Virus record (IMG/VR): IMGVR_UViG_3300045747_000527
Span: 127,221 to 191,220 of that record
Source of the DNA: a virus
DNA length: 64,000 nt
Strand: one strand, 5' to 3'
Below the pieces are notes generated by a model. That model was not told the origin of the DNA, searched no databases, and was given only the letters and a program-made list of their open reading frames with translations. Shown here piece after piece: positions 43,963 through 54,543 of the stretch (positions are counted from its first letter, which is position 1; every line of letters begins with the position of its first letter). A program made the position numbers and the translations under genes.

Positions 43963-44730
43963 GAATGCTGCAAATCACGCCCGATATGCTGGCCACCGCG
44001 AAGGATGCCAAGGACGGCGCGTTCTTCTCCACGTTCGTTCGACAGTTGGCCAAGGCCATCGTCGCCCAGTCAGAACCAGGCGAGCGGCCAGCCCGTCCCC
44101 AAGATAGGCAGCCGCATCCAGATGGAGTGCGCCAACCCCATCATTAAAGAGAAGTACCGTCAGCCAATGACCGGGACGGTCCTGCACATCTTCCCGGCCC
44201 GCGAGGAAATACCAGAGCCCCTGATGCGAGAATACTACAAGCCCAAGCCTGGGTCCAAGTACGATCTGAACCCCGATATTCTCTGCCGGGCTGGGCGGCA
44301 CGCACGAATCGTGCTCGAATTAGATCAAGACAAGCGGCGTATCATCTACCCCCCACATGGTGTACTACTGGTACACAGAAATCTGAGAGGCTCCATGGAA
44401 ACAGACCCAGAAATACGTGCGCTGGAGACAGTAGCCGACGCACTCAAAGAACTGCCTCTGCCCGCTCGAAGAAGAATTCTAGGATGGGCGTGGGCCAGGC
44501 AAGTATCAGATGAGGAGGCTGAGATCGTAAAAGCGCGTCAGCCAGCTCCACAGACACAGTGTGGAGCCTGGCAAAATCACTACGACTACTGCCTCAAACA
44601 AACAGGCCACAAAGATGATCACCATGACGGCGACACACGCTGGGCCCGCGGCATTGGTCTAGACAGCTCGGTTCGTCCGCCCTTACCGGACCCGCTACAC
44701 ATACCAATGGCACAGGGAACGCCAAAATGA
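43959..44730 (+). CDS. Hypothetical protein, apparently frameshifted near 44080
   Basis: Coupled ATG 43959 frame stops at 44147; the +1 frame continues to 44730. Confidence 0.4.
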
Positions 44731-45197
44731 GATACGCTGACAACACAACAGTCCCAGTAGCCAAGAGCCGAGCTGAGATAGAACAGTTAGTGCTCAAGTA
44801 CGCCGGCCGTGACACCAACTTCTCCTTCGGACAGATGAAAGGACAAGCTGCCATCCTGTTCGACGCCTTCAATCGAAGAGTGAAATTCACCCTCCCTCTC
44901 CCCACCGCGGAAGAGGGACTAGAGAAAGCAGGACGTAAAAGGTCCCGCCAAACCCCGAGCCTCAGTCAAGTAGAAGCCTGGCGGGACAAAGAAGAACGGC
45001 GGCGCTGGAGAGCCCTACTCCTCAGCATCAAAGCCAAACTCGAATCCGTGAACTCCGGCATCTGTACCTTCGAAGAAGAGTTTCTTTCTCACATCTGCCC
45101 CGGAGGTGGAGATCAAACTATCTACGAAAGAATGATGGCAGGCCCCGAGCACAAACTGTTGGCGCCTCTACCCGAAGAGAAAACCAGACCGAAGTAG
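44727..45197 (+). CDS. Conserved phage hypothetical protein
   Basis: YA..TTVPV.KSRAEIE..RRWRALLL.IKAKLE.V.SGI.TFEEEFL.HI. Confidence 0.75.
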   Translation: MRYADNTTVPVAKSRAEIEQLVLKYAGRDTNFSFGQMKGQAAILFDAFNRRVKFTLPLPTAEEGLEKAGRKRSRQTPSLSQVEAWRDKEERRRWRALLLSIKAKLESVNSGICTFEEEFLSHICPGGGDQTIYERMMAGPEHKLLAPLPEEKTRPK

Positions 45198-45385
45198 GGT
45201 ATAAGATCAATGGTTAGGAAGTTAAGCCTTCCCGGTCCTCCTACTGGTGGGCAGACACTTTGGTGCTGGCGGTTCGGCAGCAGGGTGGGGAAAGACGAGT
45301 TGGAGAAATCCAATTCGATCTTTCTTTTGCCCATAGGCTAAAGAGGGGCCGAAGCCCCTTGAACAGACAGCCGCGGTTAGCGGGT

Positions 45386-45910
45386 CTACTCTTCCTCTCC
45401 TTCTGGGTGAAATAGGCTCGTGGCCAGGTCTGTCTGCGAAAACACAGAGTGGTGCTTGCCCCCAGTGTCCGCACAATGGGCACATGCTGTAGTGGGACAC
45501 AGCGACTCGTGCGGATACAGAAGGTACTGAGTAGAGCTGGCGTCACTGGAGAGAGCCTGCGTACTTGGCAGGTCTGAGGTGGGCCAGTCTATCTTTGCCC
45601 TGTGGAGTTCTCGTCCATCAAGGTCGATCTCTGTCGTCAGGCTTGCCACATTCGTTTCGTGGTTTAGCGACAACGTGATGCGAGTAAACGGCCTTCTGAA
45701 AAGTATCTCTACTGGGTCCGTCGCTGGCTCGTTCACAAGCAAGGCTAGGACGAGGGACTCGATACCCGGCGTCTCTACGAAGGGAGCAGGCAGCAGCGGG
45801 GTGATGTGAGCTGTGCACACAGCGAGCAGGCATATCTCTCTGTCTGACGGGTCACGCCCCAATTCCCTGCCGAGCTCTTCCACGGATTCTTCTACGGTTT
45901 GTTCGTGCAT
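45386..45910 (-). CDS. Hypothetical protein
   Basis: 174-aa ORF. Confidence 0.5.
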   Translation of the reverse strand: MHEQTVEESVEELGRELGRDPSDREICLLAVCTAHITPLLPAPFVETPGIESLVLALLVNEPATDPVEILFRRPFTRITLSLNHETNVASLTTEIDLDGRELHRAKIDWPTSDLPSTQALSSDASSTQYLLYPHESLCPTTACAHCADTGGKHHSVFSQTDLATSLFHPEGEEE

Positions 45911-46305
45911 GTTGTTTCTCTCACTGGTTGATCTAATCGTAAAACGAAGAACTCCTTAACGGGCTCTTCTGGTTTGATGGGACCGTACATGCGCCACAGG
46001 TAGAACCTTCGGTCGTCCAGTGACCGCTTCATCATCTCCTCGACCATGGGGTATCTCCGGATACGGATAGAGGTGAAGTACGCTTCGGACCCTCGCCACT
46101 GGACGACGAAAGAATCGGGGTCAACCGTGTGGTCTCTTGTGTGAAACTCAAAGAGCAGAACCCCGCTGTCCTCATCCGGGTAAACGGTGACAACGTGTGC
46201 TGTCTGGACACCCTTATACGCAGCGGTGAACCTAGTCAGAAAGGCAATCTGGCCGTTGCTACGGAACACTACATCGCAGGCCCCGTTGGTTGGTAGTCTC
46301 TTCAT
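45892..46305 (-). CDS. Hypothetical protein
   Basis: AAGGAG RBS; promoter motif at 46342. Confidence 0.55.
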   Translation of the reverse strand: MKRLPTNGACDVVFRSNGQIAFLTRFTAAYKGVQTAHVVTVYPDEDSGVLLFEFHTRDHTVDPDSFVVQWRGSEAYFTSIRIRRYPMVEEMMKRSLDDRRFYLWRMYGPIKPEEPVKEFFVLRLDQPVRETTCTNKP

Positions 46306-46547
46306 CGGTTCTCCTTCTGGCAGTTGATTTAGATCAGGGTACTTATACCCTCTCTGAGTCTCTGTTTGCCTGAAAGGCATGTCTTTGATCGGGTATAAGG
46401 AAACCAGAAAGGAAGTGATTTGATGCCCAAGAAAGCTCCGAGGTACGAGTATCTGAAACCATCAGGCAAGCTGCTCTGCAGGAAAATACTGGACGAGGTA
46501 GTCTGTGCGATCACAGGCACCTATGCCACAGGCCAGGTTTTCCGAAC

Positions 46548-47033
46548 ATGGGTGAGGGAGTTGGGAGAACCTGGGCTATGATCTTATCGGCACTGGCAGC
46601 AAGCAACCCAGAGTTTCCACACAGGACTCTGCTTGCGATGGCTAAAGCTATCGGTCCCGTTGACTGGAGTGAGGTCCGTCTCCTTGACCAGAATAGCCCC
46701 GGCTTTCGAAGGCACTACAAGTATCAGATGTACTGTAACGGCTTGTTTAGATCGGCACTGCACACCCAAGAGCTGGGGAGAGTCAGACTCGTACCCATAA
46801 GAAGGGCGCACCCCAGGGACATCCTGGTCGCGCCTTGGAACATACCGGCCATCATGCGCAGTATCGTACAGCGTAAGGTGTTCCGTCCAATCATCCTGAA
46901 CAGAAGCTACCAAGTCGTAGACGGCCATCACAGACTGACTGCATGTAAGGCGCTGGGGCTGACTGAGATACCAGCGTTTGTCATGGTCAAGCAAGGTAGC
47001 CGACTTCGGCTCAAAGAAGTGAGGGACCTATGA
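46548..47033 (+). CDS. ParB-like nuclease domain protein
   Basis: RPIILNRSYQVVDGHHRLTACKALG. Confidence 0.75.
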   Translation: MGEGVGRTWAMILSALAASNPEFPHRTLLAMAKAIGPVDWSEVRLLDQNSPGFRRHYKYQMYCNGLFRSALHTQELGRVRLVPIRRAHPRDILVAPWNIPAIMRSIVQRKVFRPIILNRSYQVVDGHHRLTACKALGLTEIPAFVMVKQGSRLRLKEVRDL

Positions 47034-47275
47034 TCACCGCAATAGAAGCCACACAGATTAGCGAAGGAACACTCGGCTCAACTCGCGCCATGGCCACCAG
47101 AGACCGCATTGACCTTGCCATCCGAGGTGCCGCCTACGCCAGACAGAACATGACGTCACTCAGTGTACCTGCTGAAGTTGCCGCGGAAATGGAGGAGTCC
47201 TTGAAGGTGGCAGGTTATGCCGTGCGCTGGGCGTCGAAAGGAACGCCGTACTGTATCCTCCACATCACGTGGTGA
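47030..47275 (+). CDS. Hypothetical protein
   Basis: Coupled; terminator follows. Confidence 0.55.
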   Translation: MITAIEATQISEGTLGSTRAMATRDRIDLAIRGAAYARQNMTSLSVPAEVAAEMEESLKVAGYAVRWASKGTPYCILHITW

Positions 47276-47378
47276 CTGAAAACGGAGGCGCCCACAGGCC
47301 TCCGTTTTCTTTTGCCCTCATTTGATCTCTTGGCAATACGCCCTCAGATCTGGGTATAAGACACATGAGGAGGAAACC

Positions 47379-47624
47379 ATGCCAACACAGACAGAAGCTG
47401 CCTTACCGTGGGCAATACCCGGCAAGTTCTTGGAGATGGAAGGTCCGTCCAAAGAGCTGGATGTTCCAGCGGCTATCGCTCTAGCGAAACGGTATGATTG
47501 GAAAACCGTGCTGGTCCGACACCAGGGCGGCATGACCACCATCATCCTGGAGCACAAGGATGGAAAATGCGGAGGTCAGATGCTGCAGGACGCCCACTTG
47601 ATCGTCCACCAGGGCAATGCATGA
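47379..47624 (+). CDS. Hypothetical protein
   Basis: Promoter motif at 47353; GAGGAGG RBS. Confidence 0.6.
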   Translation: MPTQTEAALPWAIPGKFLEMEGPSKELDVPAAIALAKRYDWKTVLVRHQGGMTTIILEHKDGKCGGQMLQDAHLIVHQGNA

Positions 47625-47714
47625 CGGAGAGGGCTGGCCGCAGGGCTGGCCTTTTCTTTTGCCCATGTAGCGCTAGAGAAGAAGGCACCATGCCCTCTTC
47701 CCTTTATATCTTCC

Positions 47715-48107
47715 CTACAGTTCGATCAGAAGGACGCCGCCGTGAGCCGTCATATCGGCAACCATCTTCTCGCTCAGATTGTCGTGTGCGACTTCGGAGG
47801 GATACCCCAGTAGCTGGGTATAGGTCAGTACCCTCCTCTGCTTCTTGCTCTCAGACTCGCGTAGGGTTACGTGCCGTTCTATTTGTTTGTTGCGAGCAGG
47901 ATTGGTTTTGTACACAATCTTGATGCTCCCGTCAGGCAGGCGCAGCTCTCCGGTCAACAGGTGCTGACTCAGCCACCGTGCTGCTTTTCTGTGCTCCCCT
48001 ATGGGCATGTCGCCGTAATCGACCAGGCGGAACACCTCCACTAGATCGGACAACACCGAAGCAATTCTGTCCTGCTCACCTACGAATAGGTCGCTGAATT
48101 TAGCCAT
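47715..48107 (-). CDS. Hypothetical protein
   Basis: AAGGA RBS. Confidence 0.55.
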   Translation of the reverse strand: MAKFSDLFVGEQDRIASVLSDLVEVFRLVDYGDMPIGEHRKAARWLSQHLLTGELRLPDGSIKIVYKTNPARNKQIERHVTLRESESKKQRRVLTYTQLLGYPSEVAHDNLSEKMVADMTAHGGVLLIEL

Positions 48108-48120
48108 GTGGTCTTCCTTT

Positions 48121-49059
48121 CTATTCGGTCTTGAGGATGTGGGCTCTAAGAGCCATTGGTGCGGTTTCTGGTCCGCGGATGTAGGGTTCGATCCAGATGG
48201 GTTTTCTGAGGCTGCGTTTAGGTCCGTAGGGTTGATTCTTTCTGTGGCCGCAGACTACAAGCTGGAGTTCTAGTTTCTTGCCAGAACCAGAAGTTCCGAG
48301 CTGGTATTGGCGGACATGCTGGGTCAAATCGACAGTAACGGGCTCTAAGATCTGATAGACAGTGGGCGCTACCCCAGTCCGCTCGTTCTTGGTCTTGTTC
48401 TTCGAAACCCCCACCCGCTGGAGATTCTTGGGCGTCTGCATGGCACAAAGAGCGGAGGCTATAAGCCGGCCTGCTAGCTTGACCGCCAGTACGTTCGGCG
48501 GGTCCGGTTGGTTCTCTGCAAAGCCTGCAACGTCGTCTGGAATGCTCAGGGGAACTGCGGTGCTGCGGAGAACATTAGCTGTGCTTCTGTTGGCTACTAC
48601 GATCATCCAGTCGCCTGTGCTCTCACCCTTCGTCCCTGCCTCCTCCGCTATCGTCGGGAAATACCCGACTTTGATGAAGCTTACCGGCTGGTACTCCTTC
48701 TCTGAATACATGAAGAGGAGGTCTCCACAGGTGCGCGGCAACTCAAGAATGAATGCCTCCCACGGCGCCTTCAGCTTGTCCGCTACATCCCGCGGAACAC
48801 TGGTGGTCATCGCTGCTGCAGCCCACTTCGGAGATACCTTCAGAACTGGAAACCCACTCTCTAACCAGGCCTGCCCCCAGTACGCGTCGATTACCTTGCC
48901 GTCCTCAGTTATCTGTGACCCCAGAGCATCCAGTATCTCGTTCCTCGTCGCTCCTCTTCTCCTGGCCTTCTCTATCAGTAGGGCCCTTTGTTGCTCCCAC
49001 TCTATCGTTGTGGGTAGCCACTCGTCCGTGACTAGATCTTCCATTAACTTGTCCTCCAC
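48121..49059 (-). CDS. Hypothetical protein (start may be ATG 49044)
   Basis: 312-aa ORF; promoter motif at 49064. Confidence 0.65.
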   Translation of the reverse strand: MEDKLMEDLVTDEWLPTTIEWEQQRALLIEKARRRGATRNEILDALGSQITEDGKVIDAYWGQAWLESGFPVLKVSPKWAAAAMTTSVPRDVADKLKAPWEAFILELPRTCGDLLFMYSEKEYQPVSFIKVGYFPTIAEEAGTKGESTGDWMIVVANRSTANVLRSTAVPLSIPDDVAGFAENQPDPPNVLAVKLAGRLIASALCAMQTPKNLQRVGVSKNKTKNERTGVAPTVYQILEPVTVDLTQHVRQYQLGTSGSGKKLELQLVVCGHRKNQPYGPKRSLRKPIWIEPYIRGPETAPMALRAHILKTE

Positions 49060-49517
49060 CAGCCTTATACCCGCTTCAGACCCAGTATTTTTTCTGCCCG
49101 TCCGGCGGACCTTCGAGGCTCCCTTTGATCAGAGGAGCTACCGTTGGGTACCCTACCCCCACCCCTACCCCTAGTTCCTCTTTTCTAGCAAGATCTATGG
49201 TGGGGAAAGCTTGATACGCACGACCCTGGGTAGGTCACTTGATCAGAAAGGGACCCCCTACCCTACCCCCAATACGCAGCACCCTGGGTCGCTCATTCGG
49301 CAGTTTCTGTAGGGATATAGCTTACTGAGCACACGAGACTGGAGATGGGCCTGCTACCTGTTCCGCAGATTAGCATTTGGCTGCTTAGAACCTGCTAGGG
49401 CCACATGGGCTCATTTGGTCTTAGAGAACGCTAGGTACACAAAAGCCCTCATCATCTCGTGGAAGCTAATGGTCCGCGGAAATGAGAGGGCTTAGGGTTG
49501 AGGGTCTATGGTCGCGG

Positions 49518-49634
49518 TCATGCGAGGAACGTCCAGTGGCTTCCAGTGAAGCGGTACCAGGCCTCGTATTCCGCAAAGTAGGCTACAGCGCCCTTACGGA
49601 CGTTGCTACCAGGGTCGTGGATTGACGTGGGCAT
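49518..49634 (-). CDS. 38-aa small protein
   Basis: AGAAAGGAG RBS; MPTSIHDPG...YRFTGSHWTFLA. Confidence 0.4.
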   Translation of the reverse strand: MPTSIHDPGSNVRKGAVAYFAEYEAWYRFTGSHWTFLA

Positions 49635-49707
49635 GTGGTTCTCCTTTCTTGTCTATGTTTGATCAGGTTGTGTTGTGGTGGGGTGAATGGTGATGATGCG
49701 CTACCCA

Positions 49708-49852
49708 GGGTACCGGAATGCCGGGATATCGGGGTGCCGGGGTACCGGAATGCCGGGGTGTCGGGGTACTAAGAAGGGTGTCGGGGTACTAAGAAGGGTG
49801 CGGGGGTACTAAGAGGGGATACCTACTAGGTCATGAGAAAGCTAGGTCATGA
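49708..49852 (+). repeat. G-rich tandem repeat cluster
   Basis: GGGTACCGGAATGCCGGG x2; 20-bp GGGTGTCGGGGTACTAAGAA x3; CTAGGTCATGA x2. Confidence 0.85.
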
Positions 49853-50254
49853 AAGGGCTATCTCACTGGTTAAGCGCAACGCATAAACAGATAATGACAC
49901 AGGCTAGATCTTGCTGCAACACCAATCAGATAACGACCCTGCAACCTCTTGATATCACTAGGGAATAAACGATCTATATATAATTCCAGATCATATCGTT
50001 CCCTCCTTAGGGTTTGCTAGGGCCTAAACTCGCGATCTGAAGGCAGGCAGCATACATGCTGCGCCTCTAGAGGGGTATAGCTGGAGGACAGAGGACTAAG
50101 CAGCGGTTCCCTCTGTTTTCCGCCGGACGTATTTTGGGGAGAGTACGGGTGGGCCACTAGGTGAGCTGCTTCGAAAGTACCGTGGAGATGTGGGTATAAG
50201 GGTAGTACAGACCGAAAGCCTACTCTGCTACCAACCTCTATCCAAAGGACCGCT

Positions 50255-50623
50255 ATGAGCAAAAACACGATCTGGGTACGCCTCCAACTTGGCAATGACT
50301 GGGGCAGGTACTACCTCGCTTTGCAGCCGCTTGGGCGTCATGGAACCTGCAGCATTTCCCGAGGAATCAAAGTTGTCGAAGGGGAGCCTATTTCGATCCG
50401 TTTCCCTGATGGCACTATTGAAGACACCACCATCACCCTTGACCGCCACACCGAGATGGTCTCCGAGCAAGGACAGTCTTCTCACCCTGTCCACAGCAGT
50501 GTCCCTGCCGCCGTCTACGACAACCGAGGCATCAGGGCCGTCATCGAACTCGACCAAATAGACGTCCCCCTGGATTGGGTCAAGGCTCACGAGCCCTCCG
50601 ACATTCCAGAGGCTAACCGCTAG
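50255..50623 (+). CDS. Hypothetical protein
   Basis: Promoter motif at 50193; AAGGA RBS. Confidence 0.6.
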   Translation: MSKNTIWVRLQLGNDWGRYYLALQPLGRHGTCSISRGIKVVEGEPISIRFPDGTIEDTTITLDRHTEMVSEQGQSSHPVHSSVPAAVYDNRGIRAVIELDQIDVPLDWVKAHEPSDIPEANR

Positions 50624-50659
50624 AGCTACGGTGCACATCTCATTGAAGGAGGAATTCTA

Positions 50660-51442
50660 ATGCCTGACAACCTAACGATGCTCAACGACCGGTACAACAC
50701 TGGGAAGCTACTCCTTGCCATCAAGCCCCTGACGGGTCTTCCCATCACCCGCGGAATTCTTGATGCCTTCGTACGGCTACGCAAGATAGAGATGAAGGCG
50801 GTTGATATTGAGAGGACCCTACTCAAGTACGAGTACATCCTTCAAATCCCAGCGCCAGGTGGGTGTAAAGCCAACACACGGTACTACCGCACCACGCGCA
50901 AGTACGCCCGCATGGTCGGGTGGATGGTCCGCTACGGCCGGGTCTTTCAGGTACTTGCCTATTCAGGGCCGCACCCAGGGTATGGCGAATCAGATCTGAG
51001 AAAGATGAGAACCTACAACTTCTTCAGCCCGCTGCCGGCAAAGCAGAAGTGGGATTCCCTGGAGGCCCCTAACAAGGAAAGGAAACTGCTGCTGAACGGC
51101 TTTCCCTACAACAGCCTGGCCCTGCGCGAACTCTGTCCTCCAGACCCGGTAGCTATGGCCCGCGACGCACGAGAGATACCAGTACAGGACAGGGATTGGG
51201 TCACGGTAGGCGAGGCTATCCACATGTCGTGGAGAGCTGGTGTCACACGTTCCGATGGGGTTTGGGCCGCGCGGGAGATACGCTACTTGATCTGGGGACG
51301 TAAGATTCCGCGCACCAAAAGCCACGGCAAGCATGGGTACTGCATGATTCTGAAATCAGATCTGGAGGCCTTCATAGGCCAAGTAAGAGCAGCTCCTGGG
51401 ACTATCTACGGCCTAGTGATCAAAGAGAGGACCAACACATGA
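50660..51442 (+). CDS. Hypothetical basic protein
   Basis: AAGGAGG RBS. Confidence 0.65.
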   Translation: MPDNLTMLNDRYNTGKLLLAIKPLTGLPITRGILDAFVRLRKIEMKAVDIERTLLKYEYILQIPAPGGCKANTRYYRTTRKYARMVGWMVRYGRVFQVLAYSGPHPGYGESDLRKMRTYNFFSPLPAKQKWDSLEAPNKERKLLLNGFPYNSLALRELCPPDPVAMARDAREIPVQDRDWVTVGEAIHMSWRAGVTRSDGVWAAREIRYLIWGRKIPRTKSHGKHGYCMILKSDLEAFIGQVRAAPGTIYGLVIKERTNT

Positions 51443-51984
51443 CCAAGACACCCGAGCAATTCAAGCGATTCGTTCTGACCCTCAAAGAGCTAGGGGCCTG
51501 TCCTGAGGCACGCAGATGGGTACAGCGACAGAAGAACATGGAGAACGTACTGACGTGTGAGGCATACGACTGGGCCATCTGGCTTGTCGCTGCTCTCATG
51601 CCCGCGACGGCCAGTAGAATACTGCACAAGGTGCTGCTCATCTCTTTGAAGACTGTGGAGCGCCGTCGATTCGACAAGGAGGAGTGGCAGAAACTATCTT
51701 TCCGACGTTTAGTGGCCGTAGTTCACGGAAAACAGCCGGTCTGGGGGAAGTTGGGTGGACCTTACTTTGCCAGCCGCTTTTTGGACGGCCTAAGCACCGC
51801 CAGCTTCCGCGCCACCTACGCCCATCTCACGATCAAACACGTTCTGATAGACCTCAGCCACACCAGCCACACGAAAGTGCACAACACGGTAACTTCCATG
51901 GTACTGACCTCAGGGAGGACTGCCCTCAAACGCTACCTAAAGAAGGCAGCCCTCCATTCCCGCGGCAAACAGAAAGAGGCCTGA
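51439..51984 (+). CDS. Hypothetical protein
   Basis: Coupled; LKELGAC.EA..W pattern. Confidence 0.6.
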   Translation: MTKTPEQFKRFVLTLKELGACPEARRWVQRQKNMENVLTCEAYDWAIWLVAALMPATASRILHKVLLISLKTVERRRFDKEEWQKLSFRRLVAVVHGKQPVWGKLGGPYFASRFLDGLSTASFRATYAHLTIKHVLIDLSHTSHTKVHNTVTSMVLTSGRTALKRYLKKAALHSRGKQKEA

Positions 51985-52467
51985 CAGGCTCCTACCGGAC
52001 TTGGCCGAGAGGGCACCCAGCGACTGAACCGCTTTCCACCGGGTCATCATCGGTCAAGTCCGCCGCATCCTCATCGTCATCGTATTCGAAATCACCGAAG
52101 GTCTGTCTCACGGGCTGCGGTGTTTTGCATGCGCTGTAGTAACGCAATCGTTCATCATCAGTCATGGCTACTCCGAGAACAGCATTCGGTGAAGCCTGGG
52201 TGTGCCCTCAAACTGACGGTGCAGGATACTGGCAACGGTACGAGAAGTTGTGAGGGAGTTGGGTATCGTAAACCGGGCTACGTGATCGTAGGTGTCAGCA
52301 ACAAGGTCTCCTAGGGTCTGGTGTGCAACACTGGGTTCTCTAGCTATCTTGGCCTGCTTCATACCCACACCCACAGCATCAGCCATGCCATCAACCCGCG
52401 CGCAATGATTACAGAAACTTCTCGCAATTGATGGGGTGAACCAGCGGGGCAAAGTCAATCACTCTGA

Positions 52468-52896
52468 GTGAACGAACCCACCAAAACGACGCTAACAAAC
52501 AGAAGGGCAATGACTCACATGCTTGATACCACACACTGTCAGGAGTACTTCGCGACCGTACTGGCGCACAGCAAGCAGTTAGGTACTGCAGCTGAGGCAC
52601 AACTCCAGAAGATGCTTGGGTACCTAAACCTCTACGCCTGCAAAACGGGAACAGCTGAGGACGGCTCACCCATTCTCGACCCCGAGACAACCAAGTGCAT
52701 TCTGCACAAGGACTTCGCTGCGTACTCATTCGTGTTTACGATGGAGCGAAGAGTCAGCACAGAGACCTGCGGACCTGTGTACAACTACTGGTTCGACGGT
52801 GGTTTGATCTTTCATTCACCAAATGTCCCTGACCCGTTATCAGTTGTTCTGACCACGGGTGACGAGCCCGAAGAGTACTGGATGATTCACACCTAG
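52468..52896 (+). CDS. DUF4120-like protein
   Basis: LHKDFAAYSF.F..GGLIFH. Confidence 0.55.
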   Translation: MNEPTKTTLTNRRAMTHMLDTTHCQEYFATVLAHSKQLGTAAEAQLQKMLGYLNLYACKTGTAEDGSPILDPETTKCILHKDFAAYSFVFTMERRVSTETCGPVYNYWFDGGLIFHSPNVPDPLSVVLTTGDEPEEYWMIHT

Positions 52897-52908
52897 CAAG
52901 GAGGACCA

Positions 52909-53511
52909 ATGATCACTGAATTCCCAATGAGTCAGGACTTACAAGCATGGTTCGTGGCCAACAAACCAGCAGAGAACCTCATCTACGGCAAGGGCCTGGC
53001 GACACAGGTCATGTTCGTCCGCGACGAACTACAACAACTTGTGGGACAGGACCTAAAGTTCACAGCATTTCAGAAGATGTACATTGCACGGGTTATCTCC
53101 ACGCACACGAGCAAATCGGTGAAGCTGCCTGTGTACCTGCTCCAGCGGCCCGACCTGGGGCTGCATCTCATCCTGCGGGACAACTATCACGACTGGAAAC
53201 TCTCTGTGATCAGTGACAATCCCATCTCCGAAGACTTCTCTGGGCTGTTCCACACAACCCCACCCATAGAGCCCGAGTACACCGGCAACGAATTAGCTCC
53301 GTGCTACTTCGATGGGTTCCCAGAAGGAACGACCTTCGGGTACTACGAGTCAGGAGACAAGAGGCAGTGGTCAGCTATGCTCGGAAGCGACTACGCGGTG
53401 TACATGACGGTATTCTTGATCATGCGAGCCCTAGGAGTAGTCAAGCCCAAGGTCTGGCACACCCGTAAGAGCCATGCCGAGGAACTCGCAAGGGACAGAA
53501 CAGAAAGGTAA
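52909..53511 (+). CDS. Conserved phage hypothetical protein
   Basis: AAGGAGG RBS; HTSKSVKLPVY..RDN.HDWKLSV. Confidence 0.65.
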   Translation: MITEFPMSQDLQAWFVANKPAENLIYGKGLATQVMFVRDELQQLVGQDLKFTAFQKMYIARVISTHTSKSVKLPVYLLQRPDLGLHLILRDNYHDWKLSVISDNPISEDFSGLFHTTPPIEPEYTGNELAPCYFDGFPEGTTFGYYESGDKRQWSAMLGSDYAVYMTVFLIMRALGVVKPKVWHTRKSHAEELARDRTER

Positions 53512-53843
53512 CGACGCACGATGACCCAGTTGGACTTCTCCGCGTATCTAGCTAGGAGGTATCAGGGGTACAGAGCCTACTCAGTGTGGAACGCATGGAC
53601 ACACTGGGTTGCTTGGCTGTGTCCCTTCATACAGTACGGGCCTAAACGAAAGGTATCACGCAGGAGGAGCGAATGACCGAACAACTCACCTTCATCCACT
53701 TTGTCCGCCGGCAACTGCTGGACACCCCCGATAGTGCCTACGCCAAGTGGGTCAGCTTTCGCAGTGCCCTACGTTCCTGGCGGCGAGTGCTTGGAGAATA
53801 CGAACCACCGATAGCGTACGGATGATCAAACCACGGAGGACCA

Positions 53844-54107
53844 ATGAAACTCGATAAAGTGAGCACCGAAGAGCTTGAACGAGAGCTGGCCAAGAGGAAA
53901 GAGGCTCAGGTAATGGAAGCGCCCACGCCGCTAGCCAACCCAGACTTCTCGGCCATGACTGCAATGATCGTAGAAGGCACAAACGGAACAGCAAAGACTG
54001 GACGCGAAGATTCTGACTTTCAGATCTACGTGTACGAGGCGGCCATGACGGCTGTCTATGGTGAGGACTTCTTTGACTGGCTGAACGAGAGGCTGATGGG
54101 AGAGTGA
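53844..54107 (+). CDS. Hypothetical protein
   Basis: GGAGG RBS. Confidence 0.6.
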   Translation: MKLDKVSTEELERELAKRKEAQVMEAPTPLANPDFSAMTAMIVEGTNGTAKTGREDSDFQIYVYEAAMTAVYGEDFFDWLNERLMGE

Positions 54108-54111
54108 TCTA

Positions 54112-54534
54112 ATGGGAGTAAGTAGCGATGCAATACTATTCTACGGCTTCTCAGCCGAGGATGAGGGAACCTGGGAAGAACTGGAGGACACGGATTGGGA
54201 AGAAGAGTTTGCAAGGAGGAAAGGAATCAACCCACCAGCAGTGGCCTACAGTGACGCAACTCAAGCAGAGTGGCGAGAGTACTGGGACAAGTCTCGTAAG
54301 GCGCGAGCTGATGAGCCTTGCGAGATAGACCGTCACTGCTCGGATGGACATCCCATTCCTTACGTGTGCATCAGGGGGACACACGTGACAGCCAACCGGG
54401 GGAGCCCTCAAGCGGTGACTCCAGAGTTCCTGACCGTAGACCCTCGGTGGAATGATCAACTGAAGTCTTTCTGTGACTTGATGGGAATCCCTTGGGAAGA
54501 GCCCAAGTGGTACATCGCCTCATGGATGGGGTAA
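54112..54534 (+). CDS. Hypothetical protein
   Basis: 140-aa ORF. Confidence 0.6.
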   Translation: MGVSSDAILFYGFSAEDEGTWEELEDTDWEEEFARRKGINPPAVAYSDATQAEWREYWDKSRKARADEPCEIDRHCSDGHPIPYVCIRGTHVTANRGSPQAVTPEFLTVDPRWNDQLKSFCDLMGIPWEEPKWYIASWMG

Positions 54535-54543
54535 GGAGAGTCA

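Noticed and set aside
49708-49852. CRISPR array
   Set aside because: Repeats are contiguous with no unique spacers; no cas genes
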